Below, in pieces: positions 53,331 to 64,000 of a DNA stretch of 64,000 nt (position 1 is the first letter of the stretch; each line of letters begins with the position of its first letter). Origin of the DNA: Felis catus (Eukaryota); the NCBI RefSeq assembly GCF_018350175.1, contig NC_058368.1, positions 78,308,001-78,372,000 of the forward strand. The letters run 5' to 3'. The position numbers and the translations under genes were made by a program. The notes under the pieces are model-generated. The model was not told the origin of the DNA. It saw nothing but the letters and a program-made list of their open reading frames with translations, and did not search any database.

Positions 53331-53899
53331 AAGAAAAAGGATCTTTACACAAAAATACAGGTTTTGTTGTACTTAGTATTTAAAAGATAATGTAGGAGGG
53401 TTTTTGTGTGTGATTGCTTTAATAATTTTCCCCTCCCCTACTTTACTGAAGTCTTTTCTAGGAATACGGTGTTAGAGTTTGGGGCATTGTGGCTTGTAAA
53501 ATTGCCTTAAATAAAGGAAAGTTATTTTAAATATTTCAGTTGTGATTTACCATTCTAACAACTGTCATTATACGTACACGTACATCTGTATTTATAATAT
53601 ATTCCATGTATCCCCTATCTATCCACCCACCCTGATCTCTTCTTAGAGAAATGGTAGCATTCTATACATGATTTATTCTACCATGTACTTTTCACTTAAA
53701 ATATTTAGGAGTATTTAAAAAATGTAAGAGAAGCACTTTCATATGGTTGAACATTTGAGGATCTAAATATAATTTGGGTACGCAAAAGTTTATATTGAAC
53801 TTCAAACTTCAAGTCCCTTCAACAGACCTGTGAAATTTATTTGCTAGATCACCAGCTTTAGATTGTCATCACCTTATATCTGTGGGTGTCTATATTGTC

Positions 53900-54545
53900 T
53901 AGCTGTTCGAGGCAGAAGTTCATGAGCACCAACCCCTCCACCTAGCAACCAGATAGGAAGTTAGATGAGAACGTCAGACTGACGTCTCCCAAGTGCACAG
54001 ACTCTAATTATCAAGCAGGCATGGCCACATTGGATAGAGGTGCTGGGAGAGTGTTATTCCTGGAGGGGGTGTGGAAACTCCAGACCCTTTCCCACATACC
54101 TTGCCATATGCACCTCTCCCATCTAGATGTTTACATGTATGCTTCATCATATCCTTCTAGAACAAACCGGTAAACAGTAAGTAAACTGTCGTCCTGAATT
54201 CTGTGAGCTGCTCTCACTAATTAATCGAACCAGAGGAAGGGGCGTTAGGGACCTCTGATTTACAGCACATCTAACAGAAGCACAGGTGACAATGCGGACT
54301 TATGACTGGCATCAGAAGAGGGGTGGAGGCAATCTTGTTGGACTGAGTCCTTCCCCTGTGGGATCTGACCCTCTCTCCAGGTAGATGGTGTCAGTCAGAA
54401 CTGAGTTAAGTTGTAGGACACCCAGCTGGTTTTGCAGAGAATTGCTGATGGGGGGAAACACACGTCTGTTATCAGAAGTGTTGTGAGTGTGGTAGTCATG
54501 TGGGAGCCAAAGAGATACACGGGGCGGAGGACAGAAGTTTTCTTT
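53900..54545 (+). mobile_element. MER21-like LTR
   Basis: CTGAATTCTGTGAGCTGCTCT...TTAATCGAACC...CAGAAGCACAGGTGACAA...CCTGTGGGATCTGAC...CTCCAGGTAGATGGTGTCAG motifs. Confidence 0.7.
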
Positions 54546-54689
54546 ACAAGCATATTTGAGAAAATTTGCCGATCAATGAGCAAGAGCTATGTGTCTGTCC
54601 ATAGCTTTATTTTACAGTGTAAACCAGTTAGCATGTGTGCTATTTTTTAAGGAGATTTTTAAAAGAGCTTTAAAAATAGTCCATGGTTC

Positions 54690-55600
54690 TTCACTAATCA
54701 GGGACATGGAAATCAAAACCACAATGACCTATAACTTGTAAAGTGATATGCTAACTTTTCTATGCTAATTTATTTACAATGTGAATTAGAGCTAAGCCAT
54801 TAGGGTGGCTTCTGACAAAAATTAGAAAGTAACAAGTGTTGGCAGGGATGTGGAGAAATTGAAACCACTTTGCACTGTTCATGGGACTGAAAAGTGGTTC
54901 AGCCACTACAGAAAACAGTATGGAGCTTCCTCAAAAGGTTAAAAATAGAAGTACCATAAGACTGAGAATTCCACTACTGTGTATGTATCTGAAAGGATTG
55001 AAAACAGAATCTCCGGGAAGTATTTGCACACAAACATTCTAGCAGCATTATCCACAATAGCCCAAATGTGAAGCAGTCCGAGTCGATCATCATCCCTCCC
55101 TGATGGATGATTGGATAAACAACGTGGTACTGCCTTCACCGGGGCTCTCCAGAGAGACAGGAACAATGAGATATGTGTATATACGTACGTTGTCTGCTAC
55201 AAATCCAATGACCTGAGATCCAGGAAAGCTGGTGTGGTAAGTTCCAGTCTACAATTTCGCAGGCTCAGGACCCCAGAAGAGTTGATGTTTTTGTTCACGT
55301 GTGAAGGCAGGAAAAGGAAGGAACTCCTGTAGGAGTCCGCTTATAGGAGTATCTAGAGTCGTCAGCATCCTAGAGACAGGAAGGATCATGATGGTTATCG
55401 GGGGCTGGAGCAGCGTGGTTGTTTAGTGAGAATAGAGGTTCGGTTTTGCAGGATGAAAAAGTTCTGGACACGGATGGTGGTGACGGCTGCCTGCCAGTGG
55501 GAATGCACGTAACACTACTAAACTGTAACTGAGAAGTTGTTAAGATGGTCAGTTTTATGTTGTATGTTTTTTCCCACCATTAAAAAAAAACAAAACAAAA
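54690..55600 (+). mobile_element. L1M 3' fragment, with an MLT2-like piece at ~55135-55320
   Basis: AACAAGTGTTGGCAGGGATGTGGAGAAATTGAAACC and 3' end TTTTGCAGGATGAAAAAGTTCTGGA...GATGGTGGTGA. Confidence 0.7.
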
Positions 55601-55904
55601 CAATCTAGGACCAGAGGGGGCATTAGAGGCAGAGGATATTCCTGGGACTCAAAACACATTTCTCTTTACCACGTAGAGTGGCATGGTCCACCATCGTTGC
55701 CAGCCTTCTAGAGCCCGAGATGATGTATAAATCCTCTCTGTGCCACAAAATCCATGACATCCAGAGGTTTCCCAAAGTGCAATAGGTTTCCCTGTCTGCG
55801 TTTGGGTGACAGTTATAAATTCGGAAGCCACCTATGTTAAAGAAAAATTGAAGAGTGACTTTATAAAGGTGGTAAATTTTATGTTTTGTGTATGTTTTTA
55901 AAGA

Positions 55905-56374
55905 AAAAAAATTTTTAATGGTTATTTTTGAAAGAGACGGAGAGAGAGAGTATGAGCAGGAGATGGGCAGAGAGAGAGGGAGACACACAATTTTTTTAAA
56001 TGTTTTTTAACATTTATTCATTTTTGAGAGACAGAGTGTGAGCAGGGGAGGGGCAGGGAGAGAGGGAGACATGGAATCTGAAGCAGGCTCCAGGCTCGGA
56101 GCTGTCGGCACAGAGCCCGACGCGGGGCTCGAACTCATGAACCATGAGATCATGACCTGAGCCGAAGTTGGATGCTTAACTGTCTGAGCCACCCAGGAGC
56201 CCCCACCCTTTTTTAATTTTTTTTTTTTTTGAGGGAGACACAGAATCCTTAGCAGACTCCAGGATCCGAGCCGCCGTTAGCACAGAGCCTGATGTGGGGC
56301 TCAAACCCACGAACCGCAAGATCATGACCTGAGCTGCCTTCAGACCTTAACCGACTAAGCCTCCCAGGCTCCCC
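55905..56374 (-). mobile_element. CanSINE containing a second, nested CanSINE (55991-56204)
   Basis: Host element split at GAGGGAGACACASAAT, duplicated at 55976-55991 and 56231-56246. Confidence 0.9.
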
Positions 56375-56465
56375 TTATGTATGAATATGTTAATGCAATT
56401 TTATAAAAAGTCAAAAAATGTCTACAGTTCATGATTTAAGATTAGTGTCCTGAAATGGTGAAGGA

Positions 56466-56584
56466 TTTTTTTTTAACTTTTATTTATTAAGTAATATGGA
56501 CTCCCAGTGTGGGGCTCAAGCTCACCACCCTAACGTCAAGATCAAGAGTCACATGCTCTAGCAGCTAAGCCAGCCAGGTGTCCC
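56466..56584 (-). mobile_element. Short tRNA-Lys-like CanSINE
   Basis: Same short type as 22131-22243. Confidence 0.75.
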
Positions 56585-57759
56585 TATAGAGGGGAAGGAT
56601 TTTAATAGTCACTAGCAGATACAGTTTATACTTTATTCGATTTTCCTTGTTATCCTCGGTTAATTATTAGTACTGCTGGTTGATAAGTGATAATGAAAAT
56701 TTCACAGGACTTTTGCACTGCCTCACGACTGTTTCTCCTGAGTGTGGAAACACCAACTTGGGTCTGGATTGTGTTTAATTTTTGAAAGTATTAGAAGCTC
56801 GTTATTCAGTTTAAAATATGTAAACAGCTAAAGCTGTGGGATAACAGATTATGCTTTTGGTTAAAATTCTGGAAATCACCCTCTTTTTTAAACGAGGATA
56901 AAGAGACTTATTTTTAAGACGAATAGACAAAAAAAAATCAGTTCATTTTAAATGCAGGAAATTCAAAAGTAATTGACGATAAGACTTATGAATTCTTACT
57001 AACATATTAGATGAGTCTTAGGAGTCTCTGCGATTATCTAATACGGCTTTTACAAATTTTCTTATAAATTTGTTGGGCAATCAGACGTGGTAATAAAACA
57101 GTTTGAGTACAATAGACTCTGTAGCTTTATATTTTGAGTAGCCTGAAAACACACCAGAAGAAGTTGCCTATTCCCAACAGAGGACTAAATGGGATTTGAT
57201 TTTACTTGAGACAGTATGTATGTAAGTCCTTTGCTACCGTTTCCTTCCCCACCCCTGCCCCCCACCCCCATGGATAACTTCTCAGCAGCAGGACTGTTGA
57301 GTTGAAGTGCTTTTGTGTTTTCAGTGTTACTAGGTATTGCTAGATTGGTTTCCAAAACAACTTTTTTTTTTTAATTTTGCATTTTTGAAGGAGTTCTCTT
57401 TTCTCCCATTCGAACTAGCAGTACATAATTAACAACTAACCATCAATGTGTGTTACTTAATTTTCATTTCCTGAATTATTTTGGCTTATTTTGTTCCCTT
57501 TCTGATTTCTTCAGAATATGATTGTGTTTTGATGATAGCTTTGTTTTCAGTGGTCGGTTTTCATTAGTGACTATAGCCTGGCTGTTTTAATGTAAATTGT
57601 TTCCCTTCTCATTGTTTCCCAAGGTAGTTTCTTAACTTCAGTTTTGTATACCTCTTTGTTTCAGATTTTATCTGTGAACATAGTTTTACATTTTCAAGTA
57701 AACAACTCTTTGACCAGCTTTTTAAATGATTTCTATTTTTATTAAACTGTAATCAGTGC

Positions 57760-58230
57760 GATATTTTCGTTCTCTATTGCTAAGTGACAGACCACTCTAA
57801 TTTAGTGGCTTATAACGGTGATGATTTATTTTTTTTCGCGATTCTGTGGCTTTGTGGCCAATGCATCTGCTGGTCCCACTGTGGGTCACTACTGTGGCCG
57901 TGTGCCTTTGGCAGCTCCGCGGGCCGCGAGGCTCCAGATGGCCTCCCTCACATGTTTGACACCAGATGCTGGCCCTGGGCTGGGACTCTGGGCTGCTTCT
58001 CCATTTATCTTCTCATCCCCCAGTGGGATAGACTGACTTTCTTACATGGTGGTCTCAGGGAAGCAGTCCAAGAGAGCGTAAACTGGAAATGGAGCGCATC
58101 TGCAATATTCTATTGGTCCCAGCAACTCACAAGGTCAGCTCAGATTCAGGAAGCAAGGAAATAGAGAAACTCTGTGATAGGAAGAGCTATGGAATCACAT
58201 GGCAAACGGACCTCCACCGGAGGGTTTATT
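57760..58230 (-). mobile_element. Old MLT1-type LTR
   Basis: TCTATTGCT...ACCACTCTAATTTAGTGGCTTA...AGATGGCCTCCCTCACATGT...ATATTCTATTGGTC motifs. Confidence 0.65.
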
Positions 58231-58287
58231 CTCACCGTGTTCCAAAACTACTCCTCACAGCAGCTTGTACAAAAACTCTGCCATTGT

Positions 58288-58530
58288 GGGGCGCCTGGGT
58301 GGTGCAGTCGATTGGGCGTCCGCCTCTTGATTTTGGCTGAGGTCATGATCTCAGGGTCCTGAGATTGAGCCCTGCCTCGGGCTTCACGCTGAGTGTGGAG
58401 CCTGCTTGAGTTTCTCTCTCTGCCTCTGCCCCTTCCCTCTTCTCACGTACATGCTGTCTCCCTCTCTCTCTCTCTCTCAAAAACAACAACAACAAAAACA
58501 ACAAACCAACAGCAACAAAGCCAAAAAAAT
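58288..58530 (+). mobile_element. CanSINE, older type, (CAA)n tail
   Basis: Full head and body with degenerate TSD. Confidence 0.9.
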
Positions 58531-59519
58531 TCTCCCTTTTGAGGGTGGTTAATGTTGACTAAATTTTGTGTTTCTTGAACGTTTGGAAAAAAAAAAATCT
58601 CTGTCATAGATAGGAGTCATTATCCTCCTTTTTAAGAAATATCTTTATGCTAATAATATACATAATGGTAAATAATGTAACATTGAGTATTAGAGCATCA
58701 GTACCCATAACCCTAATCCACAGGATGAATAACTGGAAATGCACAGATAAAACACTAGTTGTAGGAGACTTTCCTCCATCTCATCAGTTGGTAACATATT
58801 ATAAACAAGCAAATCAAAGGATATTACAGATGTAAAAAATAAAAGTATCTGTGTTATAGTCACACAAATGAAAATATTATGAATCTACAAAGAAACGTTA
58901 AACTTTATAAATAGAAATAGAGGAAAAGATCAGAACGCAATGGAATAAACTAGAAATGGGTAAGAAAAATGAAAAAAAAATGCCTGGAAATTAAAACAAA
59001 TTAGCAAATATCTCCTAAATGGCTTTTGAGTCACGGCTGAAAAACAAACCAAATTGTGAGATTTTTCTTGAAAATATGAATAATAAAAACATTGCCTGTC
59101 AAATCGGATTGAATCTTGCTAAGCAGTGCTCTTAGGACATATACTAGCCTATTTTTTGGTATCAAATAAGAAAGGAAATGAGTGATTTAGGCATTCAGCA
59201 GAAGTTAGAGCAACAAAACAAGAAAAGCAGAATGAAGCAAATCCTAAAAACAACAAGTAAAACCCTCTGCTGATTTCTTAGCCAACAGTACATAAACAAA
59301 TTAGTTTTAGCTATCCCTTCATGAAATAAAGGGAGAAATCTCAAGTACAGAATTTAAAACACAGTAAAAGACAACCACAGATACAAAATAAATTGAAAAC
59401 CAGATAAGAAGCCATTTTGCATCTCTATTATAATGTGAAATTGTTTGAAATGAATGATCTCACACACAGCAGAATTTAACCTCCACGGACCGGGAAGGTT
59501 CAACTTCTCTTTCTTAAAA

Positions 59520-59544
59520 TTTTTTTTAATGTTTATTTATTTTT

Positions 59545-59597
<53 letters not shown>

Positions 59598-59762
59598 CAA
59601 GAAGGGAAGGGGCAGAGAGAGAGGGAGACACAGAATCAGAAGCAGGCTCCAGGCTCTGAGCTGTCAGCACAGAGCCTGATGCGGGGCTCAAACTCATGAA
59701 CCGTGAGATCATGACCTGAGCCGAAGTCGGACTCTCAACCGACTGAGCCACCCAGGCGCCCC
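59520..59762 (-). mobile_element. CanSINE with expanded (GA)n
   Basis: Full-length reverse copy; perfect TSD aacttctctttcttaa. Confidence 0.95.
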
Positions 59763-62700
59763 TAACTTCTCTTTCTTAATTCTTTTTTCTTTTTTCTTTC
59801 TCTGTCTGTCTTTCCTTCTCATCCCTAGCACCTAGAGCATTAATGACGGGTGAATGGTAATTCGTCTGGCCTTTGCTTTCCCTGATTTATTATTTCATTT
59901 TTCTTGTACAGAAAATAGAAATAATATAAACTCCTGTTTCCCCTTATCATGATTGTAAAAATTTGTTCATCACCACCTCTTAGTACCTTTTTGGCATCTG
60001 TAATAGCTCTAGAAATGCCCGAGGTTTCATTTCTGTTAACGCAAGCTTGTACTTTCTTTTTTCCTTTGTTCTTCCTAAAAGTTACTCGTTTTATTTTTTG
60101 TTTCAAATAACCAAATTCCTGTATCCCCTCCATTGTATGGTTGCTTGCCATTTATTTTATCAATTTCTTATGTTCTTTTTGTCTTTCTTCTATCTTTAAG
60201 CTTCATTTGCCCTTATTTCTTCAATTTCTCAGGAGTCTGGCCTGTATGCTTAGCACACTGTTGGCCACTCTTTTCTAAAGTATACAATTGGAATGTGTTT
60301 CTCTGCAGATCACATAAATCCTTCACCTTTCCCCAAAATACACAATTGAAGCTATCACTTTTTTCATAAAAGTAGCTTTAAATGCATCTCACAAAGTTTG
60401 ACACGCTTTATTTTCTACATATCCCACGGATTTTGTTGTGTTCAGGAATTTCATCAGGCTTTCCTGGGTCTGTTTTTCTTGGAGTTACCACTTGGTGAGC
60501 ATTTTCAAACTGGTTTTAGGTCTTTATGGGATTCGGAAAAAGAACTTTTCCCCTTCATGTTTTTGAATCACTGTGTCTTTAATCTACCCTCTTACATCTG
60601 CTAGCTTTTGTGTGCTGTGTTCTGACGTTTTGCTCCCACTCGAGCCCGCAGGCCAGTGTTTCAGAGCTCCAAAGTGACTGTCCTTTCCTCCTATTAAACT
60701 GTTTAGTAGGAAAATTATGGGAAGCTTTCTCAGTTCCTGAAAAAAAAATTACCTGCAATTGAATCTTCTGTCAACTTTAAAATTCACGTTGTCTGTCTCC
60801 TCTCTTTTGTGTCTGTGCAGGGGCATTTCTGTGTTCGGTTTCTTTGTGGGACTGCTTACCTTTCCTAAACACCTCACTGGCTCCCTTTAAGGGCAAGGTG
60901 GGCAGTCTGGGCCCAGCTGGTAGGAGATCATGTATCTCTAACCCCGTGAGCCATCAATGAACCCCAGGGAAACCACAGTCTGCTGATGGGCACTGGGGGT
61001 CTCCTTATATTCTCCCAGCCTTGGGACACGAGGACTGACTCTACCCATGCTTGGGGCTCCAGGAGATGTGGCTCATCCCCATGGGGCTGATGGTGACCAT
61101 TGTCAGCTCACCCTTTCCTTCACAGACACATGGAGCCCCCTACCCTCTGGTCTCACATAAATATGTAAACGCTCACTTGCAGGGGCGGAGGGGGAAGGAA
61201 AGCCTTGACCCATCCATCTGTCTCAGACTAGTTAGAGCCCAAGGCATCACTACGGTCTACCTGTCTCTGGGATGTAGTGCAGTTTGGCTAGGGAAAGACA
61301 GATAATCGGGAGCTGGTAAGGACAGAGAGATGGTTCACACTGCCCCCAAACACCCTGGGCTCCCCTTTGCTTGTGTGTGTGTGTGTGGGGGGGCTCCCTC
61401 CCCATACAGAGACTCACGATTCTGATTTCATAGTTTCCTTTCAGAAAGAGGTGACTGGGTTTCTTCTAGTTCCACACAGAAAAGACAGATCCATTACACA
61501 TAGTAGCATTTCCAAAGGTGTTTGTTTCTTAAGTTTCCCAACACGATGAAATAACTGAAATTGTCAAAAAATAAGTGAAATCAGAAAGAAGACTCTTAGT
61601 GAATGAGTTTGTTTTTTCCAGCTGCGGGTGCTGACCTTTTCTGTCTTTACATTATAGTTCTAAAAATGTGGACACGTGGAAAAATTCTGAAAGCATGTTC
61701 AAAACTGTTCTGTACAGAAAGTCTAATTGCAGGACTATAAACATCCTCTAGCTAGCAGAGCTAGTTGGGACGTCTCTGGGTACATCAACATCTAATCATG
61801 TAGCAAATTGGCTTAAAGAATCAGGAAAATGTAGTACTTAATATGCGAAATCCCTGAACAGGGAGCGTGAAGAGTTGATTAATTCAGCAGCAGGTAGTGC
61901 CATTAGAGACCCAGATCTCTTCCTGTGCCCTCAGCCTGGAAGCCTGGCACACTGCTGGCTGGGTTCTAGATTGTCATATACAGACATGTGATGGAGCAAG
62001 TGTTTCCTTTGTTTCTCTTTAAGCATGATGAACTCCTTCTCATGAGCCCCTCACACATGGTTGTTAGAAACCTCGCTAGTCTGTCCACACTTGGCAAACA
62101 GGGACGATGTGCATGGAGTCACCAGGGCTGCGTTTTCAATGATTAGGATTTAAGCGTCCGATTGGGCAGCATCCCACCAAGACAGACATCTAAACAAAAT
62201 CACTTTGTAGATTCAGGGCAGGGAAGTGTCTGTCCAGATGGTAATGCAGCCCGGGGCGCGCAGACATGTCTGACTCAGCCTGTGCCCTTGGCCCCTATCA
62301 TTTTTCTTCCAACATTGACGGAGCAAAATAACAAAGAACTTATCTTAAATGCTTGCAAGCTCTGCCTCAATTTTTAGAGGCAGAGAGTTCTAGTTCTCAC
62401 CTGGGTAGAATTGCTCTATCATTTCACCCAATGTCTTTGAGGTGGTTCAATCGGACCAGGTTTTATTCAGGTGTCCCGATGTGTCAGTGTGTATTCTGTG
62501 TCTGCATATTTGAAATAGAAAAATTCATCTACCTATGAAGGAGGCAGATGATGGCCTCGATTGATACATATCCATTTTAATACTAAGTAAAATTTTATTT
62601 GTGTGGGTATTATAAACGTAAAGACTGCAAACTAAACCTCTGTAATTGAAAGTAGCATTGAGGTAAACAGAAATTTTCTAAAAGCTCACACTTAACCACC

Positions 62701-64000
62701 GTTACTCAAGAGCGTTACATCTGAAAGCAGTCCCACAACGAATTAAGGACATTGACAAATGAAACTGAATTCTTACAAAAGTGGATGTTTTTCCCACCAG
62801 TTATACAAACTAAACTCCAGTAAATGCACATTCCTCTTTTTAGTAAAACTGTTGAGAAATAGAAATCATCATTGCCAACATCATTTTTCATATGTGAAAT
62901 GACTAGAGGTGTGTATTTTCGATAACATCTCATCAGTTCATGGTTAAATTACCGAGTGATTAGCATTTAGCCTTCCAAATCAAGTTTCACTGACTGCGTA
63001 TATATTTCCAACAGAAAACAATGTGATTGTTTCTCAAATGTAATAATTATTTGTATCCTACTATTTACCGTATTTTGAGCACTTTCGGAAGCCAGTTTTA
63101 CTGAGATCTATTGTTAGGTCTATCCACATGTCTAGAAGAGTTGTTGTCTACGTGCTAGAATGGTCCAGTTCTTCAGGAAGGACACTTTTTTGTCCTCATA
63201 GAAGGTGTATAAGAGAAGCTAATTCGTCATAATACTATCAAGCTAGAAGGTTCTAATTAAACTCTGTGGATATTTTGAAGTTGTCAGTATAAGAAGCAAG
63301 CAGCCAGAGTTCCTGTTTGCTTTATTCTCTGGGTCGTACGCCTGGATAAACTCAAAAATTAAATTCTTTTCAAATATACTGTCCCATATTCCCATGTAGG
63401 CAATTCTGAGCGGACGGGACAAGGAACATGTATTTGCTTATTACATCTGGTATAGCTGTTCCGGGGGAATGTTTTACATTTCAGGTGAGAAAAAGAAGTG
63501 GGTAAAAAGTGGCTAAGTCCTGACAGAGAACATTCTAGTATTCCTTGGCTCAGGTATGCCAGCTTCCTTCACTGAATATATTTGTGGTGGGGCCTGTTTT
63601 TCAATGAATGGCATGCAATTTGCGTAACAGAATTTCAGTTAAATTATTGTCAAGCCATTTCCTTGACAGGAAAGAGATCTTTGATTTATGGAGTGATAAC
63701 TTCCTTTTGTTCCTCTAATAAGAAATCCAGGAGCACATGAACGCCACATAGTTTCTACCTGCCTTCAGAGAAATTCGATCGTGTGATCGCTGTGGAGGAC
63801 TGCACATGGCAGTGACCACTAGCCTCATATCTGGGTGGAGGGAAGCTGCTGCCCTCTGCCTTCCAGGGAAGAAGCCCCAGCCCTCCCTCTCTGTGCTTAG
63901 GGTGCCCACTGCTTGATCCAAGAGGAGACACTACCTGCCCCTGAGCTGGTCGGTGGCGCTCTCTCCAGTCAGTTGGGCATGAAGGCCTCTGCCCACAAAA

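Noticed and set aside
40400..64000. TNFSF13B coding exons
   Set aside because: No BAFF-like peptide in any listed ORF, and I found no convincing exon by eye; the gene probably starts beyond the window.

Overview
Mammalian genomic DNA, almost certainly from a felid, judged from the many SINEC_Fc-type CanSINEs and carnivore L1 ends. The window holds the head-to-head gene pair LIG4 and ABHD13. LIG4 is on the minus strand with a single coding exon (8119-10854, 911 aa) and non-coding 5' exons in two CpG islands (~14.1-14.8 kb and ~16.9-17.8 kb). ABHD13 is on the plus strand with exon 1 in the second island, an ~18 kb intron, a single coding exon (35400-36413, 337 aa) and a ~4 kb 3' UTR. In human this pair lies next to TNFSF13B; I could not find any TNFSF13B exon here. 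The rest is intron and intergenic DNA with about 25 CanSINEs plus L1, L2, MIR, MaLR/ERV LTRs and DNA transposon fossils. Repeat family names are from recall of consensus sequences and need confirming with RepeatMasker. The most interesting signal is in the ABHD13 leader. A GUG in optimal Kozak context (accGTGg, 17192) opens a stop-free frame that joins the annotated ATG after splicing, predicting a 50-aa acidic/Arg-rich N-terminal extension. An overlapping 30-codon AUG uORF stops on exactly the last three bases of exon 1. Other notable items are a three-segment L1 insertion inside one 14-bp TSD, a class II-like solo LTR with a 6-bp TSD, and an unexplained GC-rich block directly after an L1 tail.
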